Shown here: positions 57,496 to 64,000 of the stretch, piece by piece
Numbering within the stretch: position 1 is the first letter of the stretch
Layout: each line of letters begins with the position of its first letter
Source of the DNA: Candidatus Latescibacterota bacterium
GTDB lineage: Bacteria > Latescibacterota > UBA2968 > UBA8231
Length of the DNA: 64,000 nt
NCBI GenBank assembly: GCA_965203355.1
Contig: OZ241889.1
Span: 3,008,001-3,072,000 of the forward strand
Reading direction: 5' to 3'
The notes under the pieces: model-generated
Database searches by the model: none
What the model was told of the DNA's origin: nothing
The model's input: the letters and a program-made list of their open reading frames with translations, nothing else
Made by a program: the position numbers and the translations under genes

Positions 57496-58880
57496 GAGTG
57501 TTCTCCAGCGGCCAAAGCCGCGCTCAACTCCGCCGCGGCCTCGCCAATGTCGCCAGCCCCCATAACCAGCACCAAGTCGCCTCGACGACAGATACCCACC
57601 AAATGGGCCACGAGTTGCTCGCGGTCCGGGCAGTACGCCACGGTTTTGTACCCGCTGGTGCACAAGGCGTTCGCGATCAGTTCGGAGTCCACCCCGGGCA
57701 GCGGGGCTTCCCGCGCAGCATAGACCGCCGCCAGCACCACGTAGTCAGCCACCGCTAGCGCGCGGGCAAAGGCCGCCGCCAAGTCGCGGGTGCGCGAGTA
57801 TAGGTGGGGCTGGAAGACCGCTACGACTCGGCGACCGCTCTGCCGCGCCGCCGCCAAGGCCACCGCTAATTCAGCCGGATGATGGGCGTAGTCGTCCACG
57901 ACCAGCACCCCAGCGAATTCTCCCTTGCGCTGAAAGCGCCGATCGACGCCGCCAAACTGCTCTAAAGCGTCGGCGATTACGGCAAACTCCACCTGTAGCG
58001 CACAAGTCAGCGCGGCGGCTCCTGCGGCATTGCGGACATTGTGTACGCCGTGAACCTGCAACTCGATCTCGCCCAGCTTTTGCCCGTCGAAACACAGGGC
58101 AAACCGGCTGCCCCAAGCCCGCTCTTCGAGCTCGGCGATCCGGTAGTCGTTGTCGTCGGCCATACCATAGGTCTGATGGGGACGCTGCAAGTCGGCCAGC
58201 ACCCGCTCCCCGACCAGCCCATCCCCGGCCAGCACACTGCGACCACAGAAGGGCAGCCGGGCGAGAAATTGGCCGAAAGCCCGTTCAAGGCCCGCTAGAC
58301 TCCCGTAGTAATCGAGGTGTTCAGCGTCTATACTCGTCACGAGGGCCAAGCTCGGATACAAGTGCAAGAAGCCGCCAGCAAACTCATCGGCCTCCACTAC
58401 AAAGACCTCGCCACTCCCGGCCGCGGCCTGCGGTCGCCCGTTGATCCAACCCCCGACCAAGACCTGGGGATCGAGGCCAGCGCGGCGCAAGATCGCCGCG
58501 GCCATTGAAGCAGTCGTCGTCTTACCGTGCGTACCGGCTACGGCGAGGGTCAAGGGTGCGCGGGACAATTCTCCCAGCACCTCGGCCCGGCTCGCCGTGG
58601 GAATGCCCTCGTGCGCGGCAGCCTGCCGCTCGGGATTGTCAGCCGCTACAGCGGCCGAATACACCACTAGGTCCACGCCTTGGACGAGTTGGCTATCGTG
58701 CCCCACCGCGACGGCAAATCCCTCTTGGCGCAGCAGCGCGACACTGGGCGAGTCGGCCTGATCCGAGCCGCTTACCACGCAGCCTTTGGCCGCGAGCAGC
58801 CGGGCCAAGCCTTCCATGCCCGCTCCACCGATGCCGACGAGGTGGACGCGGCGATATTGGTCCAAGAGCGTCTTCATCAT
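57492..58880 (-). CDS. murC: UDP-N-acetylmuramate--L-alanine ligase
   Basis: GIGGAGM, GTHGKTTT, EADE, DDYAHHP, FQPHLYSRT and MGAGDI motifs. Confidence 0.96.
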   Translation of the reverse strand: MMKTLLDQYRRVHLVGIGGAGMEGLARLLAAKGCVVSGSDQADSPSVALLRQEGFAVAVGHDSQLVQGVDLVVYSAAVAADNPERQAAAHEGIPTASRAEVLGELSRAPLTLAVAGTHGKTTTASMAAAILRRAGLDPQVLVGGWINGRPQAAAGSGEVFVVEADEFAGGFLHLYPSLALVTSIDAEHLDYYGSLAGLERAFGQFLARLPFCGRSVLAGDGLVGERVLADLQRPHQTYGMADDNDYRIAELEERAWGSRFALCFDGQKLGEIELQVHGVHNVRNAAGAAALTCALQVEFAVIADALEQFGGVDRRFQRKGEFAGVLVVDDYAHHPAELAVALAAARQSGRRVVAVFQPHLYSRTRDLAAAFARALAVADYVVLAAVYAAREAPLPGVDSELIANALCTSGYKTVAYCPDREQLVAHLVGICRRGDLVLVMGAGDIGEAAAELSAALAAGEHS

Positions 58881-59998
58881 GGCCAATGCACCAAACCCTC
58901 TTGATGTCGAGGTGCCGCGCGGGCGACCCCCAACAAGATGCCCACGCCGGCCATATTCCCGATCAGCGACGAGCCTCCATAGCTAACAAAGGGCAGTGGC
59001 AAGCCGGTGGTGGGTAGTAGCCCGATGACCACGCCGATGTTCAGCAGGGCGTATATCGAGATCATCGCCGTAATGCCGCTGGCAACCAAAAAGCCGTACG
59101 TATCACCAGCGCGGGTCCCAATGCGCACTCCGTAAAACGAGAGAGCCGCGAAAAGTCCCAAGACGGCCAAGGTCCCCACAAGCCCCATTTCCTCACCGAT
59201 GACTGAGAACACAAAATCCGTGTGCGGCTCGGGCAGGTATTGCTCTTTTTGCATGCTATTGCCCAAACCCACCCCCAAAAGGCCGCCATTGCCCATGCCG
59301 TAGAGCGACTGCAAAACTTGATAGGAGCCAGCCGGGTCGCGCTCTGGGTCGATAAAGCTGACCAAGCGCCGCATCTGATAGCTCGAATGCATCAGGGAAA
59401 ACCCAATGCCCAACAGCGCGAGCAACCCAGCCCCGGCCAAGTGGTACAAGCGCATTCCGCCGACCCACAGCATGAGCAAGGCAATCAGCCCCAGCGCAAT
59501 AGCCGTCCCCAAGTCGGGCTGCAATACGACGAGCACGAGGGCAAAACCGACGACCAACAAACGGGGCATAAACCCGCGACTAAAGTCGTGTAACTCGTCG
59601 TGCTTGCGCACCAAGACATCGGCCAAGTAGAGCACCAGCGCCAGCTTGGCAAACTCGGCCGGCTGAAAGGCCAAAGCCCCGCCCCACGCCGGAACGCTCA
59701 ACCAGCGCTGCGCTGCGCCGTGGCCCCACGCCGAGACCAGCAAGAGCAACAAGAGTGCCAACAGCATGATCGGCCGCGAAAGCCGCGCCCACCAATGCAA
59801 AGGCATCCGCGAGAACGCCAGCATGAGCACCAAGCCGATGAAGACGCGGATGGCATGCCTTTTGAGGAAGAGACTGGAGTCGCCAAAGCGCACGTTAGCC
59901 AAAACAGAGCTAGCGCTATAGACCATGACCAAGCCCAAGCCTACCAGCGTCAGGCAAATCAGCAACACCAACATGCTGTCGCGCTGCACAGCTATCAT
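58877..59998 (-). CDS. ftsW: SEDS peptidoglycan polymerase FtsW
   Basis: MVYSAS, QPAEFAK, QPDLGT, LPEPHTDF and LPFVSYGGSS motifs. Confidence 0.96.
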   Translation of the reverse strand: MIAVQRDSMLVLLICLTLVGLGLVMVYSASSVLANVRFGDSSLFLKRHAIRVFIGLVLMLAFSRMPLHWWARLSRPIMLLALLLLLLVSAWGHGAAQRWLSVPAWGGALAFQPAEFAKLALVLYLADVLVRKHDELHDFSRGFMPRLLVVGFALVLVVLQPDLGTAIALGLIALLMLWVGGMRLYHLAGAGLLALLGIGFSLMHSSYQMRRLVSFIDPERDPAGSYQVLQSLYGMGNGGLLGVGLGNSMQKEQYLPEPHTDFVFSVIGEEMGLVGTLAVLGLFAALSFYGVRIGTRAGDTYGFLVASGITAMISIYALLNIGVVIGLLPTTGLPLPFVSYGGSSLIGNMAGVGILLGVARAAPRHQEGLVHWP

Positions 59999-60053
59999 CA
60001 GCGTATGGAACTCTGGGGTGTTAGGGAGCGCGAGAGTGCTCGGTGGGAGCGAG

Positions 60054-61430
60054 CTAGCTCAACTGCTGCATAATGCGCTCGACGACTCGGTCAAAGGTCA
60101 TGGCCCGAGAGGCCTTGACTAAGACTACGTCGCCGCGGCGCAGTTGCGCCGCCGCGAATTCGCCGAGTTGTTCGGGCTGCTCAAAGTGCCGAGCCGCGTC
60201 TTGGGCCATGCCAGCCGCACGGGCGGCGGCCACCAAAGGTGCGCTTTCGCGGCCGGCCGCCAAGACGACATCGGCGCACTTGGCCGCCTTCTCGCCGACA
60301 ACCGCGTGCAACCGACCGCTCGCCGCGCCGAGCTCTAGCATGTCGCCGAGCACGGCGATTTTTCGCGCCCCAGGCACATCGACGAGGAGGTCGAGCGCGG
60401 CCAACACCGAGCCGGGACTGGCATTGTAGCAATCGTCGATTACTGCGATCCCATTTTTGCGCACGATCTCGCCGCGCTGTTGCACCGCCTCAAACTCGGC
60501 GAGCGCACGCTGGATCCCAGCCCAAGGCACACCGAGGATGCGGCCGACCGCGGCCGCTGCCAAGGCATTGTACGCGTTGTGCCGCCCTGGAATATTGAGA
60601 TCAATGGGAACATGGTGTAGAAGGAAGTGGCCGCAGCTCTTCTGGTCGAGGACGAGCCTCTCCCCACGAAACTCGCTCTCACGCACAAAACCGAAGGTCA
60701 GGAGTCTCCCCTTTGTCCTCTTTACCTCCTGAGCCACGACACGGTCGTCGGCGTTGACGAGAGCCGTTAAAGGCTCGTCCAAATAATCCAGAAGTTCCCC
60801 TTTGGCCTTGGCCACTCCTTCTACAGACCCAAAAAATTCTAGGTGTGCCGTCCCGATATTGAGCAAAACCCCAATAGTAGGTTCGGCCACCGAACACAAG
60901 TAGCGAATGTCTCCTATCCGCCGCGCTGCCAGTTCCAAAACCACGGCCTCGTGGCTCGGCGACAGTTGCAGCAAAGTGCGGGGCACCCCAATCTCGTTGT
61001 TTTCACTGCCGATAGTTTTCAAAACGCGGTACTGCTGCCCCAAGACAGCGGCGATCATTTCCTTAGTCGTCGTCTTGCCCGCGCTGCCGACGACGGCCAC
61101 CACCGGTACCGTCCAGTGCCGCCGATACGCGCGCGCCATGTCGCCCAGCGCTTGCAGCGTCGAGTCAACCGCCAACAGCGGCCCAGGGGCGGTCCGTTCC
61201 AATCCTGGCCAGTGGCGTTCCACCAAGGCTGCACACGCACCGCCGGCAAAGGCGGCCTCGACGAAATCGTGCCCGTCGAAGCGCGCGCCACGCAACGCGA
61301 CGAACAGCGCACCCTTGTCGATAGACCGGCTGTCGGTCGCCACCGCTTGCAGGGCGCAATCCGGCTGGAGGCTCCCAACCGGGTCGGCAGCCGTCCACTC
61401 CATCATCTCGCTCAGGGTCACAGCGCGCAT
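60054..61430 (-). CDS. murF: UDP-MurNAc-tripeptide--D-Ala-D-Ala ligase
   Basis: TDSR, GSAGKTTTKE, NNEIG, DCYNASP, LGDMLELG and LVKASR motifs. Confidence 0.96.
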   Translation of the reverse strand: MRAVTLSEMMEWTAADPVGSLQPDCALQAVATDSRSIDKGALFVALRGARFDGHDFVEAAFAGGACAALVERHWPGLERTAPGPLLAVDSTLQALGDMARAYRRHWTVPVVAVVGSAGKTTTKEMIAAVLGQQYRVLKTIGSENNEIGVPRTLLQLSPSHEAVVLELAARRIGDIRYLCSVAEPTIGVLLNIGTAHLEFFGSVEGVAKAKGELLDYLDEPLTALVNADDRVVAQEVKRTKGRLLTFGFVRESEFRGERLVLDQKSCGHFLLHHVPIDLNIPGRHNAYNALAAAAVGRILGVPWAGIQRALAEFEAVQQRGEIVRKNGIAVIDDCYNASPGSVLAALDLLVDVPGARKIAVLGDMLELGAASGRLHAVVGEKAAKCADVVLAAGRESAPLVAAARAAGMAQDAARHFEQPEQLGEFAAAQLRRGDVVLVKASRAMTFDRVVERIMQQLS

Positions 61431-62902
61431 TGCGGCGGTCCTTGCTCGGCGCGTAAGTTGCGCAACACGCGCCGGGCCACTTCGCGGTCGTCAAAAGCCA
61501 CGACGCGGTCGGCGAGTTCTTGCTCCTGTTCGTGCCCTTTGCCGGCAATAAGTACAACATCCCCGCTGTGCGCAGAGGCCAGAGCCGTAGCAATCGCTTG
61601 GGCGCGATCGACCTCGCAGTGAATCGCGCGGCGGTCCGATACGCCAGCGACCATATCATCGATGATGCGCGGCGGATCTTCGCTGCGCGGGTTGTCCGAA
61701 GTCAAGATCGTCCAATCGGCCAACTCGCTAGCAACGCGGCCCATCAGCGGTCGCTTGCCGCGGTCGCGCGCCCCGCCACAGCCACAGACGCAGATCAAGC
61801 GACCGCTAGCCAAATCGCGGGCGGCGTGCAAAACCCTTTCTAGGGCATCCGGGGTGTGGGCATAATCCACGATGACCGCAAAATCCTGCCCTTCGACAGT
61901 CTGCTCACAGCGGCCCGGGACGCCCGCTAGAGCGGCCAAGCCGCCACACAGTGCGGCGGCATCCAAATCCAGTGCCAACCCGGTGGCCACGACGGCCATA
62001 GTATTGTAGCAGTTGAAACGACCGATCAAAGGCGTCCGCACCTCAATGGGGCCGGCTGGGGTATCCAAGCACAAGTGCGTTCCCGGCGGACTAGCGGCTG
62101 CGCTCTGCAACCGCACCTCGGCCTCCGGGCCACAGCCATACGTCACAACGCGCGCCTCGGTCCGGCGGACCAATTCGTCGGCGTAGGCGTCGTCGGCGTT
62201 AATCACCGCAATCGCACCTTCTTGCAGGCTTTCAAAAAGCTGGGCCTTGGCCGCAAAGTACGCCTCCCAAGTCCCGTGAAAATCCAAGTGATCGCGCGTC
62301 AGATTCGTAAAGACCGCCGCCCGAAAGGGAATGCCCTCCACCCTTTTTAAGGCCAGCCCATGAGAAGACACTTCTAACACGGCCGCTTGCTTGCCAGCAT
62401 CGACAAGCCGGCGCAGTAAGCCATGTAACTGGACGGCCTCGGGCGTTGTATTGTCCATCTTCTCCAATGCGCCATCACACCCAAATCCCAAGGTCCCCAA
62501 GTAACCACACGACAGGCCAGCGGCTTCGAGGGCACTCCTGAGCAGGAAGGCAGTAGTGGTCTTGCCGTTGGTGCCGGTGACGCCGACGTTGAGCAGGGCT
62601 CGTCCGGGAAAGGCGTAAAAACGCGCCGCCATGCGGGCCAATGCGGCCCGGCAATCCGCCACCTGCACCTGCGTTACTCCATTGCAATCGATCCGATCCT
62701 CCACCATCACGGCGCGGGCGCCGCGGGCTATGGCGTGCTCGACAAAGCGATGCCGGTCCTGTTCCTGTCCCCCGCGCACAGCCACGAAAAAGTCGCCTTT
62801 CTCCACATAGCGCGAATCGCAGCGGATCTGCCCTAGTTCAATAGCGGGATCGCCCTCTACCCGGGCGTCCGGTAGCTCTTTGAGTAGGTATTTCAACTCC
62901 AT
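61418..62902 (-). CDS. murE: UDP-MurNAc-dipeptide--meso-DAP ligase
   Basis: GTNGKTT, EVSSH, DHLDFH, DYAHTPD, DNPR (DAP specificity) and AGKGHE motifs. Confidence 0.96.
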   Translation of the reverse strand: MELKYLLKELPDARVEGDPAIELGQIRCDSRYVEKGDFFVAVRGGQEQDRHRFVEHAIARGARAVMVEDRIDCNGVTQVQVADCRAALARMAARFYAFPGRALLNVGVTGTNGKTTTAFLLRSALEAAGLSCGYLGTLGFGCDGALEKMDNTTPEAVQLHGLLRRLVDAGKQAAVLEVSSHGLALKRVEGIPFRAAVFTNLTRDHLDFHGTWEAYFAAKAQLFESLQEGAIAVINADDAYADELVRRTEARVVTYGCGPEAEVRLQSAAASPPGTHLCLDTPAGPIEVRTPLIGRFNCYNTMAVVATGLALDLDAAALCGGLAALAGVPGRCEQTVEGQDFAVIVDYAHTPDALERVLHAARDLASGRLICVCGCGGARDRGKRPLMGRVASELADWTILTSDNPRSEDPPRIIDDMVAGVSDRRAIHCEVDRAQAIATALASAHSGDVVLIAGKGHEQEQELADRVVAFDDREVARRVLRNLRAEQGPPQCAL

Positions 62903-64000
62903 CTAAATACCGCTCGAACTTTGGGCTACGACTTGGGTCATGTCGCGCAACCCCGGCACGGTCGGCACCTCTTTCTGCGGCTGTCTAGCGGCTGGGTCGA
63001 CCAACAAGCCACCAGGCAACCTGATGATCCGCTTCATCACCCGGCGAAAGGTCGGGGCCGCCACAGAGCCTCCCCACCCGTTCACGCTGGGGTTTTCGAC
63101 CATAATCACGCACGCGTACTGGGGATTGTTGGCGGGCAGAAAGCCGGCGAATGAAGCTATACTGGCGTTGGGATCGTAGCCGCTGCCATCGGCTAAGGCA
63201 CGCTGAGCGGTGCCGGTTTTTCCGGCGATAGCCACGCCTTCGATGCGGGCCTTTTGCCCGGATCCCCTTTCCACGACTCCAGTCAAAACCTCGCTCAGCG
63301 TGGCCGCGGTCTTCCGACTCACGACTCGGCGGATCGGCTGGGGGGCACCGCGCTCGTCGAGCCGACCGTCCGGGCCAATCGTCCCGGCAACGAGCCGTGG
63401 CGCCATCAGCATGCCGCCATTGGCAATGGCTCCGTACGCCATGGCGAGCTGTAGGGTCGTCACGCCGATTTCCTGTCCGATGGCAATGGTTGCCAGCGAC
63501 CGCGTGGACCATTGATCGACTTCCTGCAATAAACCAGGCGTTTCCGCTGGCAAGTCAATGCCGGTGCGGATGGCAAAGCCGAAGTTGCGGATGTATTCGT
63601 AAAAACGATACCGCGACAGCCGCTGCGCCAGCTTGATCGTGCCGATGTTGCTCGATTTTTCCAAGACCTGAGCAAAAAGCAAATCGCCGTGCGGCTCGAC
63701 ATCGCGGATCGCATCCCCATTGGCCAACTCGAACGCCCCTTGCTCGCAAAAGACGCGATCGTACAGGCTGGCCAACCCGTCTTCAAGAACGGCGGCGGCC
63801 GCGATAATTTTGAAGGTCGAGCCGGGCTCGTACACGTCGGTTATCGCCCGATTACGCCTGAGTTCCGGCGACGAGCGGGACACTTTATTGGGATCGAAAA
63901 GCGGCAGGTTGGCCATGGCCAGCACCTCGCCGCTGCCCGGGACGATGATGACGCCCAAAGCACCTTGGGCCTTTGAGCGGTCGATGGCCCGTTGTAACTC
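62903..64000 (-). CDS. ftsI: Class B penicillin-binding protein (FtsI/PBP3), 3' part only
   Basis: EPGSTFK, SSN and KTGT motifs; open to the window edge. Confidence 0.93.
   Translation of the reverse strand, partial: ELQRAIDRSKAQGALGVIIVPGSGEVLAMANLPLFDPNKVSRSSPELRRNRAITDVYEPGSTFKIIAAAAVLEDGLASLYDRVFCEQGAFELANGDAIRDVEPHGDLLFAQVLEKSSNIGTIKLAQRLSRYRFYEYIRNFGFAIRTGIDLPAETPGLLQEVDQWSTRSLATIAIGQEIGVTTLQLAMAYGAIANGGMLMAPRLVAGTIGPDGRLDERGAPQPIRRVVSRKTAATLSEVLTGVVERGSGQKARIEGVAIAGKTGTAQRALADGSGYDPNASIASFAGFLPANNPQYACVIMVENPSVNGWGGSVAAPTFRRVMKRIIRLPGGLLVDPAARQPQKEVPTVPGLRDMTQVVAQSSSGI

Overview
GC-rich bacterial chromosomal window. Repeated Gfo/Idh/MocA, PhyH and DegT genes, a PQQ-ankyrin fusion and a 'WGxLK' C-terminal motif suggest a Latescibacterota/Handelsmanbacteria-like, possibly host-associated organism (inference only). 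The left two thirds holds catabolic and accessory genes plus several deletion-eroded remnants, including two toxin-antitoxin relics. The right end is housekeeping: glnE, glnB, kptA, purE and a dcw cluster lacking mraY, murD, murG, murB and ddl. Three candidate conflict loci stand out. (1) The best candidate for an undescribed system is a low-GC five-gene operon (30761-37575) with its own sigma70 promoter: dynamin-like GTPase, 2-TM protein, 1022-aa HerA/FtsK-type ATPase, WHH/colicin-DNase-type nuclease toxin and SMI1/KNR4 immunity protein. (2) A cassette of DpnA-like MTase, MutH/Sau3AI-like endonuclease, ABC-type ATPase and PIN protein (43009-46409). (3) An ABC-type ATPase with a small PD-(D/E)xK-like partner (15844-17834). 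I recognised no rRNA, tRNA, CRISPR array, integrase or transposase. All family calls come from motif recognition by eye, not database searches.
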